DNA from: Candidatus Babeliales bacterium
Lineage (GTDB): Bacteria; Babelota; Babeliae; Babelales; JACPOV01
DNA: 64,000 nt
NCBI GenBank assembly: GCA_040879965.1
Contig: JBBDJI010000013.1
Location: 298,365 to 362,364, forward strand
Direction of reading: 5' to 3'
In this document: piece after piece, positions 55,242 to 64,000 of the stretch
Numbering within the stretch: the first letter of the stretch is position 1
How the letters are laid out: every line of letters begins with the position of its first letter
Position numbers and translations under genes: made by a program
The notes under the pieces: generated by a model
Database searches by the model: none
What the model was told of the DNA's origin: nothing
What the model saw: the letters and a program-made list of their open reading frames with translations, nothing else

Positions 55242-56270
55242 TTAGTAATTAATAAGTGCTTCAGCAAATATAAATTCTTGTAATGATTGTTGCACATTAG
55301 TCTGCAATTCTTTTATATGCGCTGGAAATGTAGGGTTTGCTATTTGAGAAAAGCTATTAATTATATTATCCAACCAAGTTGCTGAATTATTAATCTCTTG
55401 TATTAATTTTTCGGCCATTTTTTGCAAGCGTATGGCATTTACCGGAGATGTTTTCTTTATTAATTCAACTTTATAATACATAAACCCAAGTGTCGCGGAG
55501 AGCTGCTGAATATATAACTCCCAAGTTGAGATAAACAAAACACGATTATATTCCTTTTTTTCTCCGTTTACCAGCGCTGGATTATTGATATTGTTAATAG
55601 TTTCATTTGTTTTGCTCATTTGCGTAGCATAATTTTCAAGCTCATTTGATAAATCGTTTATATTTACTTTATTAGTTAAAAACCAATTCAAATCTCGATT
55701 ATGGAAAAATTTAGCCATAAATCGGTCAACCGTTGTATCAAAAATTTTAAAATATTTACCAAATGGGTTCATAGCGCTCGTTACTATTTGTGAAACCGCA
55801 ATTAATAAACATTGATTACCCAAGAATCGTCCCCATCCTTTTAAATAACCGCTACGTTTCATTGGAAGTCCGACATCTTCTCCATAGTCTGCTAAGCGTT
55901 CGCGTATTACTTCAAAAGCTTTATCTCTATCTTGTAAACTTTTTTGTTGCGCTTGAATAATTTCTGCCTGTTTTATTACAAATGAATATTGATCATCCAT
56001 ATTAATCTTGCTAGACAAAACAGGAGATAAATTTTCTACTATTTTTGGCGCCTCAAAAAAAATTTTATAGCCATAATAACCAATACTCAACAATCCTGCA
56101 GCAACCATCCCTGTTTTTATAATTGAATTATTTCTTAATTCTTGTGCTATCTGTTGTTTATAGGAATCGATTTTAGACTGTTCAATGCGAACGATAGTTT
56201 CATCACTATACAAAAAGGCATTAAACATAAAGCTGAAAAGAGTTAAAGAAATAAATTGACTAATTTTCAC
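55242..56270 (-). CDS. Hypothetical secreted/membrane protein
   Basis: 342-aa ORF with signal-like N-terminus and one internal TM (TGMVAAGLLSIGYYGYKIFF). Confidence 0.5.
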   Translation of the reverse strand: MKISQFISLTLFSFMFNAFLYSDETIVRIEQSKIDSYKQQIAQELRNNSIIKTGMVAAGLLSIGYYGYKIFFEAPKIVENLSPVLSSKINMDDQYSFVIKQAEIIQAQQKSLQDRDKAFEVIRERLADYGEDVGLPMKRSGYLKGWGRFLGNQCLLIAVSQIVTSAMNPFGKYFKIFDTTVDRFMAKFFHNRDLNWFLTNKVNINDLSNELENYATQMSKTNETINNINNPALVNGEKKEYNRVLFISTWELYIQQLSATLGFMYYKVELIKKTSPVNAIRLQKMAEKLIQEINNSATWLDNIINSFSQIANPTFPAHIKELQTNVQQSLQEFIFAEALINY

Positions 56271-56376
56271 TGATATTCCCCTAATAAAAATTACTATAAT
56301 TACTTAGTATAAAGCGAAAATAGCAACTGAACAACTCGGAAAAACGTACGAATGGAATATAATTCCTGACTGTAAT

Positions 56377-56820
56377 TTATTTTTTAGTTTCTAAGATAAT
56401 AGTAGTCGGGCCATCATTAATTAAATGTACTTTCATATCAGCACCAAAAATGCCTGTTTTTACTTTTTCATAGCGTTCTTTAACTGTTTGCACGAATGCA
56501 CTAAAGAATGGTTCCGCTAAATCAGGCGCCATCGCATAAATAAATGAAGGCCTATTGCCTTTACTAGTGTCTGCATACAAAGTAAATTGAGATACCAGTA
56601 AAATTTCACCATCAATATCGCTCACGCTTTTATTTATTTTGCCTTGATCATCAGCAAAAATACGTAATTTTATTAATTTATCGGCAATATATCGCGCATC
56701 ATCTGGCGTATCGTTTATACCGATGCCAACTAAAACCATTAATCCTTGTTTGATCGAACTTACTTCTTTTTGATCGACAACCACGCAAGCTGATTGTACT
56801 CGCTGAATAACCACTTTCAT
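56377..56820 (-). CDS. dtd: D-aminoacyl-tRNA deacylase
   Basis: MKVVIQRV, SQFTLYADT.KGNRPSF, and C-terminal NDGPTTI (compare NDGPVT). Confidence 0.9.
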   Translation of the reverse strand: MKVVIQRVQSACVVVDQKEVSSIKQGLMVLVGIGINDTPDDARYIADKLIKLRIFADDQGKINKSVSDIDGEILLVSQFTLYADTSKGNRPSFIYAMAPDLAEPFFSAFVQTVKERYEKVKTGIFGADMKVHLINDGPTTIILETKK

Positions 56821-56959
56821 AAAAGCCCAATGTCTTATTTAACTATTTTATAAATATTTTAAGGTAACTACTATATAATTAAAACAAACATTTTTCTACC
56901 TATTTATAATTTTAGATAAAATCTTATAGTATTCCTATTTTAACTTATACTTTGAGCAC

Positions 56960-57365
56960 ATTTGGCCTCATGCCGGCCAAGGCATAAGGGTATTGCGTGC
57001 CCAATACCCTTAACACAAGGGCACCAACTTTCCGTTGGATTATTTTTCCGCTCATAACGAGAACTCTCATACTTCAGGTTTTCAACCTTCGTCTTCGGAT
57101 CTCGACTCGCTACCGGTCGTCATTTATCCAAGTTTTAAAAACATTGGGCTTTCTTGATATAAGTAAAATAAAATAAATTAAAAAATCATGTGAGCCTACG
57201 TATGGCCCGATCCGAGGCCTTACTGGCCGCAGGATGAGTGGGCACGAATTTGGGCGAATAAGCGATCCAACAGCATGTTGGTGTATTTTTGTCCAGTTTT
57301 TTTGTACAAACAAAAAAATTGGTGATGCGCGCACAGCGCCGTGAGAATTACCGTTTAAAGATCAT
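56960..57365. repeat. GC-rich hairpin-dense element, copy B (~406 nt)
   Basis: Same element as 54844..55188 with two extra internal segments (about 49 nt after ...ctaccgg and about 13 nt in the right arm). Lies in the divergent dtd/ppa intergenic region. Confidence 0.85.
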
Positions 57366-57440
57366 ACGAAAAATACTTTATTTTCAGCTATATCAATGTT
57401 ATTCTAAAAATATCAAATTCCCTTAGTTTTTAGGAAAAAA

Positions 57441-57995
57441 ATGCAAAATAATTCTCATGACCGCTTTTTTCATCCTTGGCATTCACTGCCAATTGGCCCT
57501 GAAGCGCCGAATAAAGTGCAAAGTATTATCGAAATTCAACAAGGATCAAAAGCTAAATATGAACTTGATAAATTAACCGGGTTTTTGAGATTAGATCGTA
57601 TCCTAGCTTCAAACTTGAGCTATCCTTTTCATTATGGGTTTATTCCCCAAACTTATTGCCCCGATAATGACCCTTTAGATATTTTAATTTTATGTTCTGA
57701 AGCATTATTACCACTGAGTATTGTAGAAGCTACCGTACTTGGCGCAATAAAAATGCTTGATGGCGGCCAGCAAGACGACAAAATTATCGCCGTTGCAAGC
57801 AATGATCCCTTTATGAAAGGGAAAAAAGAATTATCGGATATCAATCCAGAAACATTAAATACCATTCAGAACTTTTTTGAAAATTATAAAAAGCCTGAAG
57901 GTAAAACCGTTATTATTCAAGATATCATGAATCGAGAAGATGCACTTAATATAGTCAAAGACAGCGTAAAGCTCTATCAAAAACAATTTAAATAA
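57441..57995 (+). CDS. ppa: Inorganic pyrophosphatase (family I)
   Basis: IIEIQQGSKAKYELD, YGFIPQT, DNDPLDILIL, DDKIIAV. Confidence 0.9.
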   Translation: MQNNSHDRFFHPWHSLPIGPEAPNKVQSIIEIQQGSKAKYELDKLTGFLRLDRILASNLSYPFHYGFIPQTYCPDNDPLDILILCSEALLPLSIVEATVLGAIKMLDGGQQDDKIIAVASNDPFMKGKKELSDINPETLNTIQNFFENYKKPEGKTVIIQDIMNREDALNIVKDSVKLYQKQFK

Positions 57996-58043
57996 TTATT
58001 TTTCATTTTGTAACACATGTTTTTCTGCAATAATATATGAATA

Positions 58044-58409
58044 TCAACCCTTGGGTCGAATAAATTTTTCCAACCCATAGAGCGTACAAGCACCTGCTGC
58101 CAACAAGCCAATCATTTGTTTTATTGATAACGCATCGGCTGGAAGAACTCCTGAAAAAGTATTGCTCGTGGATAATTTATCGATAACTAATATGCTCGTT
58201 AAAAAAGAAGAACTTAAAGCACAAATTCCATAACCTATTTTTGCCGTTAATGCGGTATTGTATCGCAAATCTTTTATAAAATTACTTATTATTTCCGGTG
58301 ATTGTTTTGGAACTGCATTAAGCGAATATATTTGCGATATCAAAAAGATGCTAAATATCAAGTGAAAACATTTATGCATTGTATTCTTTCTTTTCATTTT
58401 CTTCTTCAA
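58044..58409 (-). CDS. Small signal-peptide membrane protein, distant member (P5) of the tandem family
   Basis: ORF with probable start ATG 58379, overlapping the stop of the upstream gene as ATGCATAA. Hydrophobic leader and Gly/Ala-rich C-terminal helix. Confidence 0.45.
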   Translation of the reverse strand: MKKKMKRKNTMHKCFHLIFSIFLISQIYSLNAVPKQSPEIISNFIKDLRYNTALTAKIGYGICALSSSFLTSILVIDKLSTSNTFSGVLPADALSIKQMIGLLAAGACTLYGLEKFIRPKG

Positions 58410-58890
58410 CTTCTAACGCTTTGCTTGCACAATAACACATAAGCGCATAAACAAAACCTTTCAAAACTATTTTTTCTTCAGAAATATTTAATTTGTGACT
58501 CGCTTGCCTTACCTCTCCCCAGTCAAAAAAATAATCTGCAAAAGTTCTCCAAGAAAGAACATGAAAAAGAAACCCGAACGTATAAACAGTATTCGAAGAA
58601 AATTGGCGTGCTGTTTTTACCGTTTTTAAATCCCAGAATTTTTTTAATATTCTTTTTATTTTTTGATAATTAGAATGCATAAAATTATTTGGTTCATTTT
58701 CAATACTTTTGATAAGCACTGCAGTCATCAAAGAACTCATTATTGAAGCAACAAACGCCGTTTTTATTTCAGGATTTTGCATTATTGATTGCGTTGGTTT
58801 TTTAATATTAAAACAATCACTCCAAGTAGCGCAAGCCGCCTGAAATAACGCTATACTGAAAATTAAAATAACTATTTTTAATTTTTTCAT
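58372..58890 (-). CDS. Small signal-peptide protein, tandem family member P4
   Basis: Start ATG 58890 after ggggg. Shares ATWSDCF.IKKPTQS, VKTARQF and FVYALMCYCASKALEV with P1 and P2. Confidence 0.55.
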   Translation of the reverse strand: MKKLKIVILIFSIALFQAACATWSDCFNIKKPTQSIMQNPEIKTAFVASIMSSLMTAVLIKSIENEPNNFMHSNYQKIKRILKKFWDLKTVKTARQFSSNTVYTFGFLFHVLSWRTFADYFFDWGEVRQASHKLNISEEKIVLKGFVYALMCYCASKALEVEEENEKKEYNA

Positions 58891-59004
58891 TAAGACCCCC
58901 AAGTAAGCTGTTTTATTTAACCGATATTTTTTATCTTATCTCTCAGTTGCAAAAAGTAAATCGGGCCAAAATTTGTTAATTTTAATTATTTTTATTGAGC
59001 TTTT

Positions 59005-59373
59005 TCAATTATTTTTTGGCCTATCTTCTGCTAAAAAACATGATAAAGCCGCTAAAGTTACTGCAGTCAAACTATATCCCGCTAAAAATTTTTTACTTGG
59101 ATGAAAATCAAGTTTATCCGTAATTTTTTTTAAATCACCTTGCAGCGCAGCTGCATAAGGTACACCAACCATCACAAGACCCACATAAAACGCACTATCA
59201 GATATATATTTGCGCACCGTTTTGTCATTTTTTAAATGCCATGCAGCTTGTTGAACACCATTTTTAACAGTTTTGATTGATGGAAACCAATCAGTAATTC
59301 CGGCCTGCACATTTGCACCGGCAAAAGAAATAAAAAGCATGCTTAATAACATTAATTTTATAGACATATTCAT
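59005..59373 (-). CDS. Small signal-peptide protein, tandem family member P3
   Basis: N-terminal ISFAGANVQAGITDWF is identical to P2. The downstream part is diverged. Confidence 0.55.
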   Translation of the reverse strand: MNMSIKLMLLSMLFISFAGANVQAGITDWFPSIKTVKNGVQQAAWHLKNDKTVRKYISDSAFYVGLVMVGVPYAAALQGDLKKITDKLDFHPSKKFLAGYSLTAVTLAALSCFLAEDRPKNN

Positions 59374-59416
59374 AATTAAATCTCCATAAGTAAGTTAATA
59401 ATTAACAGGACAAAAA

Positions 59417-59857
59417 TTATTTATTTTCTTCAGTTTCGTTGCCAATCTCAGGTTGAGATTCAGTTTCAGTTTTGGTTTCTACACTTTTCTTTTTATCCAC
59501 TTCCAATGTTTTACTTAAACAATAAGCAGCTAAAGCAAAAGCAAAAGTTTTTCCAATAGATTGAATCATAGTTTTATCACTCAATCCACAAACTTGTTTA
59601 AATTCGGGATACCATAAGGCGTAAAGTCCTAAATTCATCCAGCCAAAAATAGAAAATATCTGAGCTGCCATATAAGTATTACTAGAAACAAATCTACGTG
59701 CCGTTTTACTAACTTCTGTATTCCATACAGATTGCGTAGCATTTGTAACACTTTTAACTGGTTTTTTAAACCAATCAGTAATTCCTGCTTGCACATTTGC
59801 ACCGGCAAAAGAAATAAGAAGCATACCTAATAATATTGATTTTACAGAATTATTCAT
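59417..59857 (-). CDS. Small signal-peptide protein, tandem family member P2
   Basis: SILLGMLLISFAGANVQAGITDWFKKPVKSVTNATQSVWNTEVSKTARRF is nearly identical to P1. Acidic Glu/Thr-rich tail. Confidence 0.6.
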   Translation of the reverse strand: MNNSVKSILLGMLLISFAGANVQAGITDWFKKPVKSVTNATQSVWNTEVSKTARRFVSSNTYMAAQIFSIFGWMNLGLYALWYPEFKQVCGLSDKTMIQSIGKTFAFALAAYCLSKTLEVDKKKSVETKTETESQPEIGNETEENK

Positions 59858-59987
59858 AATTAAACCCCCATAAGTAAGTTAATAATTAAAAAAGGAAAAG
59901 GAGCTAGGAACCTAACTCTTCTTGTTTAATTATTAATCTAATTTTTTTATTCTGATACCGTTTCTATTGTTGTTGCAGTGTTAGTTT

Positions 59988-60371
59988 CTATAACTTTTCA
60001 GGCTTTTTATCCACTCTTATTGCAGTACTTAAGCAATAAGCAGCTAAAGCAAAAGCAAAAGGTTTTCCAAGAGCGCGAATTACCGTTGTATCATTCAATT
60101 CACAAAATTGTTCAAACCAATGATTATTACAAAAATACCCTGCTAGATTAATCCAGCCAATAAAAGTAAGCACATGGCCTAATCCACGTGCGTTAATCGA
60201 AGCAAATCGACGCGCTGTTTTACTAACTTCTGCATTCCATGCAGATTGCGTAGCATTTGTAACACTTTTAACTGGTTTTTTAAACCAATCAGTAATTCCT
60301 GCCTGCATATTTGCGCCGGCAAAAGAAACAAAAAGTATACCTAATAATATTGATTTTATAGACTTATTCAT
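59988..60371 (-). CDS. Small signal-peptide protein, tandem family member P1
   Basis: Start ATG 60371 preceded by ggagg. SILLGILFVSFAGANMQAGITDWFKKPVKSVTNATQSAWNAEVSKTARRF and the C-terminal FAFALAAYCLS helix are shared with P2. Confidence 0.6.
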   Translation of the reverse strand: MNKSIKSILLGILFVSFAGANMQAGITDWFKKPVKSVTNATQSAWNAEVSKTARRFASINARGLGHVLTFIGWINLAGYFCNNHWFEQFCELNDTTVIRALGKPFAFALAAYCLSTAIRVDKKPEKL

Positions 60372-60505
60372 ATTAAACCTCCACATTAAAGTCTTATGTT
60401 AATTATAGGCTAAAATTATCAGAACTTAAGTTAATTGTCAAAATACTAATCAATTTGAAAGTATTTTATTGGTGCTTGTTGTTTTTAATTTCTATTTAAC
60501 AAATT

Positions 60506-63106
60506 TTATTTGGATGCAAGCATTCTTTTTAAATATTTTCCAGTATGACTTTGGGTATTTTTTGCTACTTGTTCAGGTGTGCCTTGCGCGACAACTTGGC
60601 CTCCTGCATCACCACCTTCTGGGCCCATGTCGATAATATAATCGGCTGTTTTGAGCACATCAATATTATGTTCAATGACTATCATTGAATTGCCTTTATC
60701 AATCAATCGATTTAAAACAAGCAATAATTTTTCGATATCACTGTTATGTAATCCAGTCGTCGGTTCATCTAAAATATACAAAGTTTTATTGCCTCGTTTT
60801 GCAAGTTCGTCAACTAACTTGATACGCTGCGCTTCACCACCTGATAACGTAATAGAAGACTGACCTAGTTTTACATAATCAAGCCCCACATCACAAAGCA
60901 ATTGTAATCGTTTTGCAATATTTTTATGTGCAGCAAAAAATTCAACTGCTTCAAGCGCCGTCATATCAAGCACTTCAGCAATATTTTTATCTCTATAACG
61001 AATAGTTAATGTTTCAATATTATATCGTTTTCCTTTGCATATTTTGCAAGTCATAACTACATCAGCTAAAAATTGCATTGAAACGGTAATAGTTCCATCA
61101 CCGCGGCATTCAAAACAACGCCCCTCAGCTACATTAAAACTAAATCGCCCTGGTTTATATCCGCGTGCTTGGCTTTCTGGTAACCGCGTAAATAATTTTC
61201 TAATTTCATCAAAAATACCTAAATACGTTGCGGGATTTGAACGCGGCGTACGGCCAATTGGAGATTGATCAATAACCACTAATGAATCAACATGCTCTAG
61301 GCCTTTTAATTCATCAGTATCATTAATAGTACGAGCTTTACGCGCAAAACCAGCAAATGCTTGTTGTACCGCGGGTACAATTTCATCAAGAACTAAAGTG
61401 CTTTTGCCAGAACCGGATACACCTGATATGCAACACAATACTTCAAGTGGGACTTTAACTTCTAAGTTTTTTAAATTATTTTTTTGCGCATGCGAAAGTG
61501 TTAGGAAATGTTTTAATGTACGTCGTTTTTTAGGTATTGCAATACCACGACGTCCTGCTAAATAGGCACCAGTTAATGATGCGGTATTTTCTGCTAATTG
61601 TTTTGGATTACCGACTGCAGTTACATGGCCACCAAGTGTTCCAGCAGCAGGGCCCATATCTACAATATAATCAGCTTCTAACATGGTATCGGTATCATGC
61701 TCTACTACAACAACGGTATTACCTTGATCACGCAATGTTTTTAATGTTTGAATTAAGCGATCATTATCACGTTGATGCAAACCAATGCTTGGTTCATCAA
61801 GAATATATAATACGCCACTTAATGCAGAACCAATTTGCGTTGCTAAGCGAATACGCTGCCCTTCACCGCCTGATAATGTTCGGGCTGAACGATTAAGCGT
61901 AAGGTATGAAAGACCAACATCGTATAAAAATTGGAAACGACTGGTTATTTCTTTAATTAAATTTTCTGCAATTGCCTGATCAGTCTCCGGCAATGAAAGT
62001 TCTTTGAAAAAAGCTAAAGCCTCTTTAATTGAAAAATCACATACATCAACAATATGCTTATTTTGTATCGTGACTGCTAAAGCATGCTTATGTAAACGCT
62101 TGCCAAAACAACTGCGACATGTTTTCTCTTGTGCATGAGAACCAAAAAAATCAGGATAGTTTGATTTCCAATTTTCTTTATCGCCTTCTTTCCATGGCCA
62201 TATATGAATAACACCTAATCCATTACATTCTTTACAAGCGCCGATGGGCGAATTAAAAGAGAAAAATCGTGGTTCTAATTCAGGAAATGCAGTCGAACAA
62301 TGCAAACACATGCGATGCGACGAATATAAATGCTCATCAGTCCCAACCATAATCTTGCATAGCCCTTCAGCAAGTTGAAAAGATTTTTCTATGGCTTCTT
62401 GCACGCGAGAACGTTCATCATTAGTAATTTCTAATTTATCAATCAGCAAATCAATAGAATGCTTATAGGTTTTTGCTAACTTTAATGATTTAATTTCATC
62501 TTCACTTGTAAAACGATATGAAGTGCCATCAATAATAAATCGATAAAATCCATTTTGATACAACTGCAATAATTGTTGCTTAAATTCGCCTTTTTTTTGA
62601 TTAACGATTGGCGCCGCAATAGTAATCATGTTTTCTTTAAATTGAGTCAAAATAAGACTTGCAATATTTTCGGGTGATTGTTGTTGGATTATTAGGCCAC
62701 AATCAGGACAATGCGGCTTACCTATTCGTGCATAAAGTACCCGCAAATAATCATAAATTTCAGTAATGGTACCTACCGTGGAACGAGGATTATGACCTAC
62801 CGTTTTTTGCTCAATCGCAATCGCCGGGCAAAGCCCTTCAATACGGTCAAAATCTGGCTTTTTAGCAATGCCAAGAAATTGACGCGCATATGATGATAAA
62901 GATTCCATATAACGTCGCTTACCTTCAGTATAGAGTACATCAAGCGCTAAAGAGCTTTTCCCTGAACCGGAGGGACCCGTAATTACCGTCAATTTATTTT
63001 TAGGAATTTCTAAATCAACGTTTTTCAGGTTATGCTCACGAGCACCGATGATTTTGATCCATTCGGTCGACTTTTTAGTATTTTTTGGAGAATTCTCTCT
63101 ATTCAT
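60506..63106 (-). CDS. uvrA: Excinuclease ABC subunit A (UvrA) with a strongly shortened insertion domain
   Basis: Two ABC modules (GPSGSGKSSLA / LSGGEGQRIRLA and GVSGSGKSTL / LSGGEAQRIKL). Zinc modules HCPDC, MCLHC, ACKEC, TCRSC. Only 35 residues separate CKEC and CRSC. 866 aa. Confidence 0.9.
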   Translation of the reverse strand: MNRENSPKNTKKSTEWIKIIGAREHNLKNVDLEIPKNKLTVITGPSGSGKSSLALDVLYTEGKRRYMESLSSYARQFLGIAKKPDFDRIEGLCPAIAIEQKTVGHNPRSTVGTITEIYDYLRVLYARIGKPHCPDCGLIIQQQSPENIASLILTQFKENMITIAAPIVNQKKGEFKQQLLQLYQNGFYRFIIDGTSYRFTSEDEIKSLKLAKTYKHSIDLLIDKLEITNDERSRVQEAIEKSFQLAEGLCKIMVGTDEHLYSSHRMCLHCSTAFPELEPRFFSFNSPIGACKECNGLGVIHIWPWKEGDKENWKSNYPDFFGSHAQEKTCRSCFGKRLHKHALAVTIQNKHIVDVCDFSIKEALAFFKELSLPETDQAIAENLIKEITSRFQFLYDVGLSYLTLNRSARTLSGGEGQRIRLATQIGSALSGVLYILDEPSIGLHQRDNDRLIQTLKTLRDQGNTVVVVEHDTDTMLEADYIVDMGPAAGTLGGHVTAVGNPKQLAENTASLTGAYLAGRRGIAIPKKRRTLKHFLTLSHAQKNNLKNLEVKVPLEVLCCISGVSGSGKSTLVLDEIVPAVQQAFAGFARKARTINDTDELKGLEHVDSLVVIDQSPIGRTPRSNPATYLGIFDEIRKLFTRLPESQARGYKPGRFSFNVAEGRCFECRGDGTITVSMQFLADVVMTCKICKGKRYNIETLTIRYRDKNIAEVLDMTALEAVEFFAAHKNIAKRLQLLCDVGLDYVKLGQSSITLSGGEAQRIKLVDELAKRGNKTLYILDEPTTGLHNSDIEKLLLVLNRLIDKGNSMIVIEHNIDVLKTADYIIDMGPEGGDAGGQVVAQGTPEQVAKNTQSHTGKYLKRMLASK

Positions 63107-63235
63107 AGCTATCCGATTGCAAATATGATTAATTTTAATTACACTTTTATTATAATTTGAATATTTAGAATAATATAGCAGAAAAAACGATTTTTACCAA
63201 TATCGGGCACTAGAAATAATAAAGGAGGCTTACTT

Positions 63236-64000
63236 ATGAATCCACTTTTTCTCGGATTAATGGCCACCCTCTGTTTTTTGCAAGGATTTTTTTCATTCAA
63301 ACCGCAAAATCAATGGCCAAAAATCACTCAAAATGATTTAAAAGAAGTATATCAAATCATAAAAGAAAAATATCCTCAAATTGCGCACACTGATAAAAAT
63401 AGCCCATTAAAAGACTGGTTAAGCACTGGATGCCATAAAGCAATCGATTTAAGCACAAAAGCAACCTCAATTAAAGGCTATGAATTTGCCTTGCGCTATT
63501 ATTTAAGCGGTTTTCATGATCCAAAATTACAGCTTATTACAAACGATGAAACAACAGTTAAATGGCCCGGATTTTTAGTAAAAGAAAAAGATAATGCTCT
63601 CGTGGTAGCAACTACGGCTGAAAATGCGCAAGATGAAAACATACCGCCATCTAATGCTCAGTTAATTGCCTGCAATGGCAAAGACCCTGAAGAGTTATTA
63701 AAAGCTAATATTGAACTCTATTTTGGCCAAAATCAAGATTCTAAACGATTAGCGCCTTATCTTTTGGTAGATTTAGGTAACCCATATTCGGAACAAATCA
63801 CAGAATGTACGTTCAAAACCGATAATGGATTGACTACTATTCCACTTACTTGGAAGCCTATAGAAACCAGCAAATTAGTTGCATTAATCAAAAACACATG
63901 CGGAAATTATGCATTCAGCACGCCCCTTCTGCAAACACCTATATCCACGGCAGAAAATAAGGCCCAATTGATTGTGCCACTGCCAGAAAATAGGGCACAA
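63236..64000 (+). CDS. Partial CDS (3' end beyond the window): hypothetical secreted protein
   Basis: Own translation: ATG 63236 preceded by aaaggagg, MNPLFLGLMATLCFLQGFF..., open for 255 codons to the window end. Missing from the ORF track because there is no stop in the window. Confidence 0.6.
   Translation, partial: MNPLFLGLMATLCFLQGFFSFKPQNQWPKITQNDLKEVYQIIKEKYPQIAHTDKNSPLKDWLSTGCHKAIDLSTKATSIKGYEFALRYYLSGFHDPKLQLITNDETTVKWPGFLVKEKDNALVVATTAENAQDENIPPSNAQLIACNGKDPEELLKANIELYFGQNQDSKRLAPYLLVDLGNPYSEQITECTFKTDNGLTTIPLTWKPIETSKLVALIKNTCGNYAFSTPLLQTPISTAENKAQLIVPLPENRAQ

Noticed and set aside
54844-57365. Interpreting the twin elements as a tmRNA, RNase P RNA, SRP RNA, group II intron or retron
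   Set aside because: The tRNA-like 3' end and tag frame of tmRNA are absent, as are the GGAAAGTCCGG-type RNase P core, the SRP domain IV motif and a domain V-like AGC hairpin. There is no reverse transcriptase nearby. A short gctttagctgca resemblance to a tmRNA tag is not conserved in copy B.

Overview
AT-rich (by eye about one-third GC or less), densely coding bacterial chromosomal window that uses the standard genetic code (TAA, TAG and TGA all terminate recognisable genes). All calls rest on reading motifs in the supplied translations and on my own translation of regions the ORF track missed; no database search was possible. Recognisable housekeeping genes: dnaA, mutS, uvrA, pgk, rpiB, glyQS, rplU, dtd, ppa, tlyA, an HtrA/DegP-type protease, KtrAB-type K+ uptake, an FKBP isomerase, a thioredoxin reductase-thioredoxin fusion, a LolC/E-type permease, peptidoglycan hydrolases and two tRNA-Arg genes. 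Between them lie many orphan ORFs with N-terminal signal or hydrophobic leaders, plus an unusual density of eukaryote-like domains: cPLA2-type phospholipase, Skp1/BTB-like domain with a beta-propeller, ankyrin repeats, two PI3/PI4-kinase-like proteins, a Sir2-like protein, an ICMT-like methyltransferase and a gulonolactone-oxidase-like flavoenzyme. This mix suggests a host-associated, intracellular or protist-associated bacterium (Dependentiae/TM6-like or Legionella-like lifestyle), which is inference only. I saw no CRISPR array, rRNA, intact IS or prophage. The signals most worth follow-up are: (1) an unannotated 31-codon cysteine-rich micro-ORF inside a same-strand block of secreted Sir2-like, ParB-like and ICMT-like genes; (2) two direct copies of a GC-rich, hairpin-dense 350-400 nt element bracketing the dtd segment; (3) a tandem array of five small secreted paralogs with near-identical 5' modules; (4) a small accessory islet around the tRNA-Arg genes (IS982-like relic, FkbM methyltransferase, GIY-YIG gene) full of GC-rich palindromic repeats and a duplicated promoter; (5) degenerate or re-engineered housekeeping proteins (FtsH-like protein with HQxxH, UvrA with a collapsed insertion domain, membrane-anchored TrxR-Trx fusion).
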